Assembly: GCA_963771075.1 (NCBI GenBank)
Contig: CAVYSE010000024.1
Coordinates: 64,001 to 128,000, forward strand
Reading direction: 5' to 3'
Source of the DNA: a candidate division FCPU426 bacterium
GTDB taxonomy: Bacteria > Oederibacteriota > Muellerivitia > Muellerivitales > Muellerivitaceae
Length of the DNA: 64,000 bases
Within the stretch, counting starts at the first letter, position 1. The number at the start of each line of letters is the position of its first letter. Position numbers and translations under genes: made by a program. Below the pieces are notes generated by a model. It saw nothing but the letters and a program-made list of their open reading frames with translations. It was not told the DNA's origin and made no database searches. Of this stretch, positions 1 to 11,485 are shown in pieces.

Positions 1-1
1 C

Positions 2-1498
2 TTGACCCTGTGGAACCGCAACAACCTGGACCTGATGTATATGCCGGAAATGTGGGCCCGGCAGGACGAGATCCTGAAATATGAAAGCTATTTGAACCAT
101 GAACCCGATTGGCCTTTCCGGGGAATGCGCCTGGGAACGAACGTCCTCTGGCCCGATTCGGACCTGTTGAGCCAGCTCAAGGTATCCGCCTTCGTGAACA
201 TGATCCGCAACGGGTTTGACGATTCGGGAGCCTTTGGGGGCTGGTACTTCGGGCCCAACCAGTTCACGGATTGGCTGGTGGGGGGCAACCTGTCCCTGAA
301 ATCGCCGAAGTGGTACGCGGGCGATTCTTCCTGGCAGGCGCAGGTGGACTCCTACGGCCTCATCCTGGATGAACCCCTCTACACCAACCAGCCCGGCACG
401 GCTTACAACCCCAACGACCCCTCCACCTGGGCCCATCAATACCTGCTTGGCAGCGTCAAGCCGAGCTTAAGGGTGGGGATGGGCGACAATGTCTACGCGG
501 GAGCGGAGGCCGAACTTGCCTATTCCAGCTACCAGGACGACAAGCAGGACTCCCAAAGGGTGACCGGTGATTGGGCCGTTAACGGCGGGACCTACCTGCA
601 GGTCGACGATTCGAAAATATCCTTCAATTACCTGGACGTGGGCCCCTATTACTACGCGCCCCTGGCCCAGACCCGGCAGGACGCGGTCACCGACGTCAAA
701 AGCATGGGAACCAACAATAACTCGCCCGAGTTGTGGCAATCCCCGGTGCGGAGCGAATATTTCCTGAGCGACGTGCCCCGACCCGGCCAGATCTACAGCT
801 TCTACGACCGCACCCAGGACAATACCTTCCCCTACGGCTTGGCCACGCCCAACCGGGAAGCGGTCGGTATGGAGTTGGATATCCGCGCGTTGGACAAAAA
901 GGCCCTGCGCGTGCGCGGGGCGGCCTACCTGGCGCAGGAAATTCAAAGCGACCTGGTCCTGAATAACGGACAATACCTGGCCGTGGACGCGCCCTATGCC
1001 GTTTATCCCATCCGGCAATTCACCTATGTGAATGTCGGCCCCTCCTATAACCTTGGTCCCGACATCGGCTTTGGCGGTGATTTGGAGATCGGCGCCAATG
1101 CCCGTTTTGAGCAAACCACCAGCTCCATTGGTACCTTGACCAGCGCCTGGGGTGTGGGTGGGATTCGGGCTGACTTCCTGCCGGTTTGGGAAGTGACCGC
1201 GGCCTACAGCCAGCAGAACGCCCATGGGACGGATACGGGTTACATGCTCAATGGGGCCCCGACCCTGTGGGCGCGCTACGTCTATATCTTCGACAACAGC
1301 GATTACGGCCAATACCAGCCCTTCTCGGTGAACGGTACCAACCAGAGCCTGCGCCTTTCCAACGCCTTCAAGATCAACCGCAACTCCACCCTCTACCTGG
1401 ATTATGATTGGACCTTCGGCAATCTCGTTCCCTCAGGGCAGCTCCAGGGAACCCTGAACAACCAATTCGGCGAGGTTACCTATGAAGTCCAATTCTAA
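2..1498 (+). CDS. 5'-partial hypothetical protein, probable outer-membrane beta-barrel
   Basis: Long ORF entering from the window edge, with amphipathic beta-like segments and a C-terminal aromatic signature (VTYEVQF). Confidence 0.6.
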   Translation: MTLWNRNNLDLMYMPEMWARQDEILKYESYLNHEPDWPFRGMRLGTNVLWPDSDLLSQLKVSAFVNMIRNGFDDSGAFGGWYFGPNQFTDWLVGGNLSLKSPKWYAGDSSWQAQVDSYGLILDEPLYTNQPGTAYNPNDPSTWAHQYLLGSVKPSLRVGMGDNVYAGAEAELAYSSYQDDKQDSQRVTGDWAVNGGTYLQVDDSKISFNYLDVGPYYYAPLAQTRQDAVTDVKSMGTNNNSPELWQSPVRSEYFLSDVPRPGQIYSFYDRTQDNTFPYGLATPNREAVGMELDIRALDKKALRVRGAAYLAQEIQSDLVLNNGQYLAVDAPYAVYPIRQFTYVNVGPSYNLGPDIGFGGDLEIGANARFEQTTSSIGTLTSAWGVGGIRADFLPVWEVTAAYSQQNAHGTDTGYMLNGAPTLWARYVYIFDNSDYGQYQPFSVNGTNQSLRLSNAFKINRNSTLYLDYDWTFGNLVPSGQLQGTLNNQFGEVTYEVQF

Positions 1499-2222
1499 AA
1501 AAGGGAGTCGTCAAACCGTGCTGGGCGCCTTCGCGGCCCTTTCGCTCGCGTTCGGATTCCTTGGGATCCTTGGGTCGGCGGGTTTGGGCTGCAAGTCCAG
1601 CTTGCCCCCTACTAGTACCATGGTCCTGACCCCCTGCCCGACCCCCATCCTCTTCGCGGGCTTTGAGGACCTGACCTCCTACAAGTCCTTGTCGAACGGT
1701 GTGTCCTATTATGTTTCGAACAGCGGAATCACCTTCAACGATCCGGGTTCCAGCAGCGCGCCTTTCGCCTATACCGCGACCTTGACCCAATCCAAGTTTT
1801 ACCCCACCCAGGGCCAATATTCCCTGGATATCAACATCAATACTGCGGTGGCTTACAACCAGAACATCCTGATCCTGACCTTCGCCAACCCCATCGTCTG
1901 GAACAACATCACCGCGCTTACCATGGACCTGACCGTGGACCCCTCGGTGGTGGCGGGGGCGAGCTACGGTTATTTCCAATTCGTGGCTGATTCGGACGCG
2001 GCCAATTTGTATTTTAGGAGCATCACCAACAGCAACCCTTCCCTCAGCGCGGGGACCCAAACCATCACCTGGAACATTAATTACTCGGCGGGGCCGCTGG
2101 TACCGACCGATACCATCAATAAATTGACCTTTATTTACAACCGCAGTACGCCCAGCGCCGGGCAGGGGATCGGGAACATCTTTATCGATAATCTCCAGTT
2201 ACATCAGAATTGCCCCAATTAA
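1482..2222 (+). CDS. Putative lipoprotein with a beta-sandwich, possibly carbohydrate-binding, domain
   Basis: Hydrophobic signal ending in lipobox-like AGLGC, a P/T linker, and FEDL...IFIDNLQL ends typical of CBM-like folds. Confidence 0.6.
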   Translation: MKSNSKKGSRQTVLGAFAALSLAFGFLGILGSAGLGCKSSLPPTSTMVLTPCPTPILFAGFEDLTSYKSLSNGVSYYVSNSGITFNDPGSSSAPFAYTATLTQSKFYPTQGQYSLDININTAVAYNQNILILTFANPIVWNNITALTMDLTVDPSVVAGASYGYFQFVADSDAANLYFRSITNSNPSLSAGTQTITWNINYSAGPLVPTDTINKLTFIYNRSTPSAGQGIGNIFIDNLQLHQNCPN

Positions 2223-2367
2223 GTTTGCCTCGCTAGCAATCCCGATTTCCTGTTAATCTGAACTTTTCGGCCAGCTTTTCTTTTGATTCTTGTCTCCTCC
2301 ATTCTTGAAAATCCCCACTTTCATTAGGATTTTTCTTTAACTTTGAAACATTTTGCGCTATTAATTA

Positions 2368-2375
2368 AACCGGTT
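2368..2375. promoter_or_regulatory. Possible LacI-family operator core
   Basis: Palindrome AACCGGTT with a central CG about 55 bp upstream of the LacI gene. Confidence 0.3.
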
Positions 2376-2428
2376 ACGGGATTTCCCTGAAAGTTTCATA
2401 AACTCACTTTATCCATCAAGGAGAAATC

Positions 2429-3418
2429 ATGGGTGTGACGATCCAACAGATCGCCGAAAATACCGGGGTATCCAAGGCGACTGTTTCACGGGTTTTGAAC
2501 GGCCTTGCAGTGAAATACGAGACCGAGCAAAAAGTCAAAGCCATGATGGAAAAGATGCAGTACCGGCCAAACCGTTTCGCCCGCGGTTTGGCGGCCTCCC
2601 ATAAGACCGGTTTCCTGGGGGTTGTCACACCCTCGCTCAATCCCTTCGTGGCTTGGGTGATCACGGGCATGGAGGAGGAAGCCAGGCGTCATGGAAAGCT
2701 TTTGACCCTCGCGACCCTGCCCTATGGATCCCTCGAGGAAAGAGAAATCGTTCACACCCTGACCGAGCCGCCGGTGGTCGACGGTTTGTTGTTTTTCCGC
2801 CCTCTCCCCAGATGGAAGGTCTGATACGCAGTTTGAACCAGCGCAAATTTCCGATGGTGGTCACCGGGGAGAAGCGATTTGAGTACCTCATGCCCACCAT
2901 CGTCCTCGACAATCTCAACGGGGGAAAACAAGCCACCGATTACTTGATCCAAAAGGGCCATCGGCGGATCGGTTTTATTACCGGCCGTGAAGATATGAGT
3001 GATTCGGCGGACCGGGAGGAAGGATACCGGTTGGCCCTAAAAGAGGCGGGAATACCCGTGGAGGAGAGCCTGATCCTAAAAGGTGATTACACTATTCCTT
3101 CCGGCGTCTCGGCGGCCGGAAAATTTATAGAGATGTCCCACCCGCCCACCGCCATCTTCGCCGCCAATGACGCGATGGCGATCGGGGTTTTAAAGACCAT
3201 TCAAAACTGTAAGAAGGAGGGATTGTTCGCCATCGTGGGTTTTGACGACATTGAGATGTCTTCCTTCGTGACGCCCACGCTTACCACCGTGGGATATGAC
3301 CTCCACGAGTTGGGCAAACAAGCCGTACATAAACTGATGAGGCTGGTTCATGGGCGAGGAAAAGATCCGGTCCACCCTGGAGATCAAGACCCATTTGATC
3401 GTCAGGGATCCGGCGTAG
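2429..3418 (+). CDS. LacI-family transcriptional regulator (frameshifts near 2800 and 3352)
   Basis: HTH TIQQIAENTGVSKATVSRVLN in ORF 2429; sugar-binding domain (AIFAANDAMAIG, VGFDD, PTLTTV) in ORF 2653; typical end THLIVRDPA* in a shifted frame to 3418. Confidence 0.85.
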
Positions 3419-3519
3419 TTTTCGGGGGGCGGAAAAGAACAAGTCGCATTGAACAATCTGTTATGAAAGAGATTGGGAACTCATGGCGGATGGGTCAGTG
3501 AGTGAAATCGATAAATCCC

Positions 3520-4437
3520 TAAGAACCCAAAGATTTTCTGGATAGATCCCTTCTGAAATCAATCGGCTGATGGAGGCCCGGGCCTGTTCCCGGTCCTGGG
3601 GATAGGTAAGCCCGAACCAGGAGTCGGGAGTGGGAAGAATATTAACCTCTGCCTGTTTTCCTGGATCAAAAGGTCCGATGGCTTTAGGGACCAGGAACTC
3701 GGACTTATCCTCTTGGCCTTTTTCCGCAAGGAATTCCTTGAAACAGGCCGCGGTAGTTGGGGAAATAGTCGACGGGTGTGAAGCCCCAGATGTTCATGGA
3801 AACCAGTTCGTTCCCAATCAGAGAATGGGCGACTCCCGCCTCGTCCAGGTATACCGCCCCGCCCTTGGTCTTGCTGACCTTCAGCCTTTCCACTATTTTC
3901 CCTTAATTTTCCGGTCGTTATCGGCCTCGCAGAGGCCCCGGGAAACGGTCCCGTGATCGGATAGCGTATGGCGCAATTTGAAAGCCCACCATGGAATAAT
4001 CCGTGGATTGAAGGTCCCGGATTTCCTTGAGGTGATCCGCCATTACCTGGAAGGTCTGGCGCCCATAGTAGTCGTCGGCGTTGAAGACGGCGAAGGGTTC
4101 TGGACCTCCTCAGGGCCGAATAGATGGCATGTCCTGTGCCCCAGGGTTTTTGCCGGCTGGGGTGGGGGCTTGAAACCCGATGGAAGATCGGAAAGCTCCT
4201 GAAAGGCGTAACACACAGTCGATTTTCGGCTCCCATTTTTCACCCACGAGTCTTTCGGAAATCCGCCTCCATCTCCTTACGGATGATGAAAACAACTTTC
4301 CCAAACCCCGCGCGCAGGGCATCAAAGATGGAATAATCCAACAGGGTGGCTCCGCCGGGACCCACGCCCTGCATTTGTTTAAGCCCGCCGAAACGGCTTC
4401 CCATGCCGGCGGCCATGATGAGAAGGGTAGGTTTCAT
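3520..4437 (-). CDS. Sugar-phosphate nucleotidyltransferase family protein (multiply frameshifted, end approximate)
   Basis: MKPTLLIMAAGMGSRFGGLKQ, KPWGTGHA, VSMNIWGFTP and C-terminal YPENLW are spread over several frames. Confidence 0.8.
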
Positions 4438-5622
4438 GATGAGGATCCTCGTTCGCGTCCGCGAAAAATTTTCCGCCCCGGCGGCGGCATTGAAAAACAT
4501 AGCTTTCCAGGGATCCCGGTTTTATCTTTATAAGTTCCAGGCGGTTTCCGCAAAAAGGATTCCTCCGCGCCTTCTTTTACCAGGTTGACAGTGCATCCCC
4601 CGAACCCGCCGCCCATCATCCGGGCGCCGAAAACCCCTGGGCTCACCCGGGCCAATTCTGCCAGCAGATCCAATTCCTTGCAGCTCACCTCGTAATCCTC
4701 CCGCAGGGAAGCATGGGAGCGTTCCATTAAGCCGCCCGCGGACGCCAGGTCTCCCTCTTCCAGGGCCTTCACCATATCCAGAACCCTTTGGTTTTCCGTA
4801 AGTACGTGACGGCATCGTTTGCGGATGAGCTCGGGCAAGATGTCCTGGTGTCTTTCCCAGTCGGGGAAGGTCACGTCCCGCAGGGAGGAAAGCTTGGGAA
4901 TCCGTGAGGCCAAGAGTTCCACCCCCTTGGCGCATTCCTGCCGCCTTTGGTTGTAAGCCGAGGAAGCCAAGGCGCGCTTGACGCCTGTGTTGCACACCAC
5001 GACGATCACGCCCTTGGGCATGGAAACCCACCGGTAAGAAAGGTTTTGGCAGTCGAGCAACAGGGCCGAGGATTCCTTCCCTAGAAAGGAGGAAAACGGG
5101 TCCATGATCCCGCAATTCACGCCCACGAATTGGTTTTCCGCCGCCTGGGCCGCCTTTACCAGTTCCATGTCATTCCAGGCCTTTCCCCCGATCTTTTCCA
5201 GGAACACCGCCGAGGCGATCTCCAGCGCCGCCGATGAACTCAAACCCGCGCCCCGGGGCAGGTCGCCCTTGATAAGCGCCTGGCAGCCGCGGAATTGGCC
5301 GCCCGCTTCCAGGTATTGTTTCAAAACGCCCTTGAAGTAGTCGGCCCAGGCATGCGCGGGATCGTTCTGATAATGTTCCGGGTTCCACTTCGACCGAGTC
5401 CCGCAGGTCGGAGGAATAGAGGAGGATCTTTCCGTCTGTCCGGGGCTGGCCGCAGATCACGACCCCGCGGTTGACCGCCATGGGCAGGACGAGGCCCTGG
5501 TTGTAATCGGTGTGTTCGCCGATCAGGTTCACCCGGCCGGGACCCCAGGCCTCCGCCTCGGCTTTGCCCCTGAAATGTTCGGCGTATTCGGCGCGCGTTT
5601 GCTGGAGGAGAGAGTCGTTCAA
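4434..5622 (-). CDS. galK: Galactokinase (frameshift near 5350-5370)
   Basis: PGRVNLIGEHTDYN, PRGAGLSSSAALE, GVNCGIMD and GARMMGGGFGGC motifs across two ORFs. Confidence 0.9.
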
Positions 5623-5822
5623 GGGCGGACCTTTTTTAGAATTTCCAAGGTTAGTTCAAAAAAACCGTGGAGGAACACTCGCTTATAGCGCCTGTGCCCA
5701 TCTGCGGCAATGGAAAAATAAAAAGAAAAAGTTCCCCCGGGGCGGAAAAGCGCGCACTTGAAAATGGGGTTTGGGAAGGCATAATGAAGAGTCTTTCCAA
5801 CGCAAATTTTATCGGAGGGGTT

Positions 5823-6989
5823 ATGCCCAGCTACCAGCCCAAAAAAGAACACCGCTTTTCATTCGGCCTTTGGACCACCGCCAACCGGGGGAGAGACCCC
5901 TTCGGCGAGGAAACCCGCTCCCGGCTGGATCCCCTGGTCAACATCAAGGAACTGGCCAAGCGCAAGGTCTGGGGCTTCAACTACCACGACGACGACCTGA
6001 TCCCTTACGGGGCCAGTCTTCCCCTGCGCAACAAGATCATCAAGGAAACCAAGAAGATCATGCGCGATTACGACATCAAGTGCGCCATGGCCACCACCAA
6101 CCTCTTTTACCACCGGGTTTTCAAAGATGGGGCATTCACCAGCCACGATCCCAAGGTTCGGGCCTTCGCCCTTCAAAAGGTGATGAAGAACATGGACCTG
6201 GGCGCCGAGTTGGGCGCCACTGTTTACGTTTTCTGGGGCGGCCGGGAGGGAGCCGAGGTGGACGCGGCCAAGACCCCCGAGGAGGCCCTGAAGCGCTACC
6301 GGGAATGCATGAACTTCCTCTGCGCCTACGCCCGGCGGAACGGGTACGGATTCAAGTTCGCCATCGAACCCAAACCCAACGAACCCCGGGGCGACATCTA
6401 CTTGGCCACCGCCGGCCACGTCTTGGCCTTCATCGAGACCCTGGACGATCCGGAGCGGGTGGGGGTGAACCCGGAGATCGAGCATTCGCGCATGGCCAAC
6501 CTGAACACCTACCACGACTTCGCCCAGGCTTTGGAAGCGGGGAAATTGTACCACGTGGACCTGGGGGCGCAAAAACCGGGGCGGTTCGACCAGGACCTGC
6601 GCTTCGGTTCGGAAGATTTGAAGGAAACCTTCTTCGTGGTGAAACTGCTGGAGGACAACGGCTGGGCGGGCACGCGCAATTTCGACGAGCACCCCTACCG
6701 CAGTGAGGACGAAAAGGGCGTTTGGGACTTCGTGGAAGGGTCCATGCGCACCTACCTGATGCTCTGGGACAAGGTGAAGCGCTTCAACGCTGACAAGAAG
6801 ATACAGCAGATCCTCAAGGCAATCCACGGCAAGGACCCCCAATGGGAGGGCATTATGGCCCGGTTCACGCCCGAGGGCGCGGAAAAGTTGAAGAAGGGCA
6901 ACTTCAACCCCGAGCTGCTATCCAAGAAGCGCCTGCCCTACGAGGAGTTGGACCAGCGCCTTCAGGAAATCCTGATGGGTGTGGATTAA
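5823..6989 (+). CDS. xylA: Xylose isomerase (short, Streptomyces/Thermus-like class)
   Basis: FSFGLWT, GRDPFG, YHDDDLIP, VFWGGREG and EPKPNEPRGD motifs; GGAGG RBS before ATG 5823. Confidence 0.93.
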   Translation: MPSYQPKKEHRFSFGLWTTANRGRDPFGEETRSRLDPLVNIKELAKRKVWGFNYHDDDLIPYGASLPLRNKIIKETKKIMRDYDIKCAMATTNLFYHRVFKDGAFTSHDPKVRAFALQKVMKNMDLGAELGATVYVFWGGREGAEVDAAKTPEEALKRYRECMNFLCAYARRNGYGFKFAIEPKPNEPRGDIYLATAGHVLAFIETLDDPERVGVNPEIEHSRMANLNTYHDFAQALEAGKLYHVDLGAQKPGRFDQDLRFGSEDLKETFFVVKLLEDNGWAGTRNFDEHPYRSEDEKGVWDFVEGSMRTYLMLWDKVKRFNADKKIQQILKAIHGKDPQWEGIMARFTPEGAEKLKKGNFNPELLSKKRLPYEELDQRLQEILMGVD

Positions 6990-7110
6990 CCCCCCAAGGC
7001 TTGATTCGCCGCCGACGCATGGGATGGATGAGATTGAATTGGTTTATCCCGCTCATCCTATGCATTCGTGGCTGATATCGGGTTTTCCTTTCACCACTCC
7101 GGAGGGTTGA

Positions 7111-8082
7111 TTGAGAAACTACATTTTGCGCAGGGTCCTCATGATGGTGCCCCTCCTCCTGGGTATTTCCATTCTTTCCTTTACGATCATCAAGCTGGCT
7201 CCCGGGGACCCCGCCAGCCTCATGGTCAACATGAACTCCAAGATCGACCCCGGCTATATCACCAAGCTGAGGGAGGCCTACGGCCTCAACGACCCGCTTT
7301 ATGTGCAGTACGGCCGCTGGTTGAAAGGCATGTTCACGCTGAATTTCGGAAAATCCTTTAAGGATGACCGGCCGGTGATCGAGGTCATCGCGGAACGCGT
7401 CCCCGCGACCCTGGTTTTGAGCGGCCTGTCTTTCGTCCTCCTTTTTCTCATTGCCATCCCGCTGGGTGTGGCCTCCGCCTATTACCGCGGCCGGTGGCTG
7501 GATCATTTCACAACGGTCGTTTCCTACCTGGGTTTCGCCTCGCCCATTGTTTGGGTGGCCCTCCTGGTCATTTTGATATTCAGCGTGCAACTGGGCTGGT
7601 TTCCCGTCTCGGGCATGTGGAGCGTGGGAAGCGAGTATTTGCCCTGGTACGAAAGACTGGGGGATTTGGCCTGGCATCTGGCGCTTCCGGTGTCGGTGAT
7701 TGTGTTCATGGGGCTGGCCTCCATTTCCCGTTATTCCAGGTCCAACATGCTGGACGTGCTGGAAATGGATTACATCCGCATGGCCCGAGCCAAGGGGTTG
7801 ACCGAATTCCAGGTGGTTTTCCGCCACGCCCTGCCCAATGCCATGTTGCCGATTATCACCATCCTGGGGCTTTCCTTGCCGGGGCTCCTGGCGGGAGGGG
7901 TCATTACCGAGACCATCTTCGGTTGGCCTGGCATGGGCCGCTTGTATTGGGAAGCCATCATGTCGCGCAACTACCCGGTGGTCATGGGTATCGGTATCAT
8001 CCTGGCCTTCTTCACGCTACTGGGGAATCTCCTGGCCGATATCGCCTACGCGGCCCTCGACCCGAGGATCAAGTATGAGTGA
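7111..8082 (+). CDS. Peptide/nickel ABC transporter permease (OppB/DppB type)
   Basis: APGDP, EAA loop DYIRMARAKGL, ETIFGWPGMG, DPRIK. Confidence 0.92.
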   Translation: MRNYILRRVLMMVPLLLGISILSFTIIKLAPGDPASLMVNMNSKIDPGYITKLREAYGLNDPLYVQYGRWLKGMFTLNFGKSFKDDRPVIEVIAERVPATLVLSGLSFVLLFLIAIPLGVASAYYRGRWLDHFTTVVSYLGFASPIVWVALLVILIFSVQLGWFPVSGMWSVGSEYLPWYERLGDLAWHLALPVSVIVFMGLASISRYSRSNMLDVLEMDYIRMARAKGLTEFQVVFRHALPNAMLPIITILGLSLPGLLAGGVITETIFGWPGMGRLYWEAIMSRNYPVVMGIGIILAFFTLLGNLLADIAYAALDPRIKYE

Positions 8083-9106
8083 ACAACAGTCCGCAGCTCA
8101 CAGTCCGCAGTCGGCAGCAGGCAAAGGCAAAGCCGAAAACCAGGCCGCAGTCGGCAGTTCGCAGTCGGCAGCAGGCAAAGGCAAAGCCGAAAACCAGTCC
8201 ACAGTCGGCAGTCCGCAGTCGACAGCCGACAACGGCACGCAGCCGCCGGAATTCTTGCTGCATGATTCCAACCGCCAACTTCGAGCTGTCTTGCGCCATC
8301 CTTTGATCTTCTGGGGCGGGACGGTCATACTCCTCTTCGTCCTGGGCGCCTTGGCCGCGCCCTTCCTCGTGCCCTATGATCCGAATCTCCAGATTTTATC
8401 AGACAGGCTCCTTTCGCCTTCTCTGCATCATCCCCTGGGCACCGACCAATATGGGCGGGACGTTTTGAGCCGCATGATCTACGGAGCCCGCATCTCGCTT
8501 TCGGTCGGGATGGTGGCGGTCGCCATCTACGTCGTTTTGGGGACGCTCGTGGGGGCGGTGGCGGGCTATTTTGGGGGCTGGGTCGACTCGGCCCTCATGC
8601 GGTTGACCGATATTTTCCTTTCCATCCCCACCTTTCCGCTCATCCTGATGGTTATCGCCTTCGTGGGGCCCAGCATCATCAATATCATGGTGGTCATCGG
8701 CCTCACCTCCTGGACCGACGTGGCGCGGCTGGTGCGGGGGGAGTTTCTCACCTTGCGTGAGAGGGAATATGTCCTGGCGGCTCGCCTGATGGGCTTGAGC
8801 AACCGACGTATCATATTCGTCCATATCCTTCCCAACGCCCTGGGGCCCCTGTGGGTGATCGCCACCCTCGGGATCGGCGGCGCGATTTTGATGGAATCTT
8901 CCCTGAGTTTCCTCGGCCTGGGCGTCCAGCCCCCCACCGCCAGTTGGGGCAATATGCTCATGGAAGCCCACGAGCACCTCACCGACGCCTGGTGGCTGGT
9001 CACCTTCCCCGGGTTGGCCATCTTCATCACGGTTCTGGCCTTTACACTCCTGGGCGAGGGTATCCGCGAGGCCACTGATCCCAAACTGAGCGAAAGCCGC
9101 CGATAA
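8075..9106 (+). CDS. Peptide/nickel ABC transporter permease (OppC/DppC type)
   Basis: HPLGTDQYGRD, EYVLAARLMG, SLSFLGLG; ATG overlaps the end of the previous gene. Confidence 0.92.
   Translation: MSEQQSAAHSPQSAAGKGKAENQAAVGSSQSAAGKGKAENQSTVGSPQSTADNGTQPPEFLLHDSNRQLRAVLRHPLIFWGGTVILLFVLGALAAPFLVPYDPNLQILSDRLLSPSLHHPLGTDQYGRDVLSRMIYGARISLSVGMVAVAIYVVLGTLVGAVAGYFGGWVDSALMRLTDIFLSIPTFPLILMVIAFVGPSIINIMVVIGLTSWTDVARLVRGEFLTLREREYVLAARLMGLSNRRIIFVHILPNALGPLWVIATLGIGGAILMESSLSFLGLGVQPPTASWGNMLMEAHEHLTDAWWLVTFPGLAIFITVLAFTLLGEGIREATDPKLSESRR
8087..8227 (+). repeat. Heptamer (CAGTCGG/CAGTCCG) repeats with a 54-bp tandem duplication in the permease 5' end
   Basis: GCAGTCGGCAGCAGGCAAAGGCAAAGCCGAAAACCAG occurs at 8107 and 8161. 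Confidence 0.8.
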
Positions 9107-9253
9107 GAAATCAAACAACAGCCAACACGAAGACACAAAGAAACGAAGAAAGGCATCATCCGGGAAGGCCCCAAAACTTTTCAAATTTCGGGATTTTACG
9201 CCGTTCTTTGTGGCTTAGTGGCTTTGTGTTGGAACTGGGTTAAAGGTTCGAAA

Positions 9254-11485
9254 ATGCCTGAACAATTCGCCGAGGTGGTTTTCCCCGTCTCGATCAAGCA
9301 GTCCTTCACCTACCGCATTCCCGATCCGCTTCACGGATTGGCGCGCGAGGGCATGCGGGTTTCCGTCACCTTTGGACGCCGCCAGGCGGTGGGACTCATC
9401 ACCCGGCTGGCCTCCCAGGCCCCCGGCCATGTGCAAAAACTCAAACCCATCGAAAGCATCCTGGATGCCGAACCCCTCCTGACCCCCGACCTGCTGGAAC
9501 TCTGCCGTTGGATCTCCGATTATTACTATTGCTCCCTGGGCGAGGCCCTCTTTGCCGCAATCCCCGGTGGGTACCGCAAGAACCCCAGGGCCTTCCTCAC
9601 GCTCCTTCCGGAAGCCCGGGAAAGAACCCGGGAGCTCGAAGACCTCCTGGAAAAGTTGGGTCCGCTCCGGGGCGTGAACCTCAAATCCCTAAACGCGGGC
9701 AGGATACCCTTGACCGCCCGCACCCGGGCCCTGGCCGAGGCCTTGAAACAATCGGGCCTGGGCGGTTTGGCTTTTGAAGGTTCCCGAGAGACCCCATCGG
9801 TTCCTTCCTCGAAAAGAATCCGGGCCGATCGGCCCCCGGAACTGCATCCCCAACAGAAGGTGGCGCTCCAATTTGTCACCGAAGCACTTGCCAAGGGAGG
9901 CTTTCAAACCTTCATGCTTCACGGCGTGACGGGTTCGGGCAAGACCGAGGTTTACCTGCGGGCCATCGAGGAAACCCTGCGCCTGGGGCGGCAGGCCATC
10001 GTGCTCATTCCCGAGATCGCCCTCACCCCCCAGACCCTGGAAAGGTTCACGGGCCGCTTTGGGGACAAGGTGGCGGTGCTTCACAGCCGCCTTTCCCAGT
10101 CCGAAAGGGCCCGCCAATGGAGCCGCATGGCCGAAGGCTCCGCCCAGGTCGCGGTGGGCGCCCGGTCGGCCCTCTTCGCCCCGGCGCCCAAACTGGGTCT
10201 GATCGTGGTGGATGAGGAACATGATTCTTCCTATAAACAGGATGATGTGCCCCGTTACCATGCCCGGGACGCGGCGGTAAAAAGGGCGCAATTGACGGGC
10301 TCCCTGGCGGTCTTGGGTTCCGCCACCCCCTCGCTGGAAACGGTCCATAACGCCCGTTCGGGCAAGTACCAATGGCTTCGTATGCCGGACCGGGTGAACC
10401 AACGGCGCCTTCCCAAGATATGGCTGGTCGATTTAAAAGAAGAACTCATGAGCCGGGGTGGCAAGGAAAGGCCCGTCCTCACCCTCGCCTTAGAGATGGC
10501 CATGCGCGACGCGCTGGCAAAGGGCGAGCAGGTCATCCTCTTTCTCAACCGCCGGGGCTTTCACACGCTGGTGCTTTGCGCCAAGTGCGGGGAACAGGTG
10601 CAATGCCCCCATTGTTCCGTGGCGGTCACTTACCACCGAGGGGTCGTGCGGCCCCAATCCGAGAGGGCAAAACCCCTTCTCTGCCATTACTGCGGTTGGC
10701 AAGGGGCCTTCCCCCAAAAATGCCCCTCTTGCAAGGACGGGGAGATCCAGCCGGTGGGGTTAGGCACCGAAAAGGTGGAGGAAGAGGTCAAGTCGCGATT
10801 CCCCAAGGCCCGGGTGGACCGGATGGACCTGGACACCACCCGCAAGCAGGGAAGCCACGAGGAGATACTGAAAAAATTCCGTGAACATAAGACGGACATC
10901 CTGATCGGCACCCAAATGATCGCCAAGGGCCACGATTTTCCAGGCGTCACCCTGGTGGGTGTCATCGGGGCCGATGTGGGCCTGGCCCTGCCGGACTTTC
11001 GAGCGCCCGAACGGGTTTTTCAATTGATGGTGCAGGTGGCAGGCCGTGCGGGAAGGGCTGAGAAAGAAGGTGAAATTTATCTTCAAACCTTCAATCCCGG
11101 CCATCCGGCCCTGCGGGCGGCGGTGAACCACGATACCGAGACCTTTTGGAATACCGAATTGGAAACCCGGGAAGCCCTGGACTATCCGCCCTTTTCCAAA
11201 TTGGGCCTGGTCGTCTACCGCGCCAAGGAAGAAAAGAAGGCCATGGCCGCCGCCGGGAAGGCGGCGGAGATCATGAGACGGGAATCGGCCAAGCTGGGCG
11301 TGGAGGTCTGGGGCCCGGCTCCCTCGGCTTTCGCCAAACTGCGGGGGCAGTACCGGTTCCAGGTCCTCCTGAAGGCCAAGACTCCGGCGCCCCTGAGACG
11401 GCTATTAACCTACCTGGACGAGAAGATGGAAACGCCTTCCGGCGTCTTTCGCGCGGTGGACCTCGACCCGCAAAGCATGTTGTGA
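9254..11485 (+). CDS. priA: Primosomal protein N'
   Basis: GVTGSGKTEVY, DEEHD, SATPSLE, NRRG, Cys-rich Zn region, GTQMIAKGHDFP, QVAGRAGR. Confidence 0.96.
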   Translation: MPEQFAEVVFPVSIKQSFTYRIPDPLHGLAREGMRVSVTFGRRQAVGLITRLASQAPGHVQKLKPIESILDAEPLLTPDLLELCRWISDYYYCSLGEALFAAIPGGYRKNPRAFLTLLPEARERTRELEDLLEKLGPLRGVNLKSLNAGRIPLTARTRALAEALKQSGLGGLAFEGSRETPSVPSSKRIRADRPPELHPQQKVALQFVTEALAKGGFQTFMLHGVTGSGKTEVYLRAIEETLRLGRQAIVLIPEIALTPQTLERFTGRFGDKVAVLHSRLSQSERARQWSRMAEGSAQVAVGARSALFAPAPKLGLIVVDEEHDSSYKQDDVPRYHARDAAVKRAQLTGSLAVLGSATPSLETVHNARSGKYQWLRMPDRVNQRRLPKIWLVDLKEELMSRGGKERPVLTLALEMAMRDALAKGEQVILFLNRRGFHTLVLCAKCGEQVQCPHCSVAVTYHRGVVRPQSERAKPLLCHYCGWQGAFPQKCPSCKDGEIQPVGLGTEKVEEEVKSRFPKARVDRMDLDTTRKQGSHEEILKKFREHKTDILIGTQMIAKGHDFPGVTLVGVIGADVGLALPDFRAPERVFQLMVQVAGRAGRAEKEGEIYLQTFNPGHPALRAAVNHDTETFWNTELETREALDYPPFSKLGLVVYRAKEEKKAMAAAGKAAEIMRRESAKLGVEVWGPAPSAFAKLRGQYRFQVLLKAKTPAPLRRLLTYLDEKMETPSGVFRAVDLDPQSML

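Noticed and set aside
2429..5622. Pseudogenisation or programmed frameshifting of lacI, the nucleotidyltransferase and galK
   Set aside because: Many single-base indels cluster near homopolymer or GC runs while catalytic motifs stay intact. Long-read consensus error is more likely, though reads are needed to confirm.
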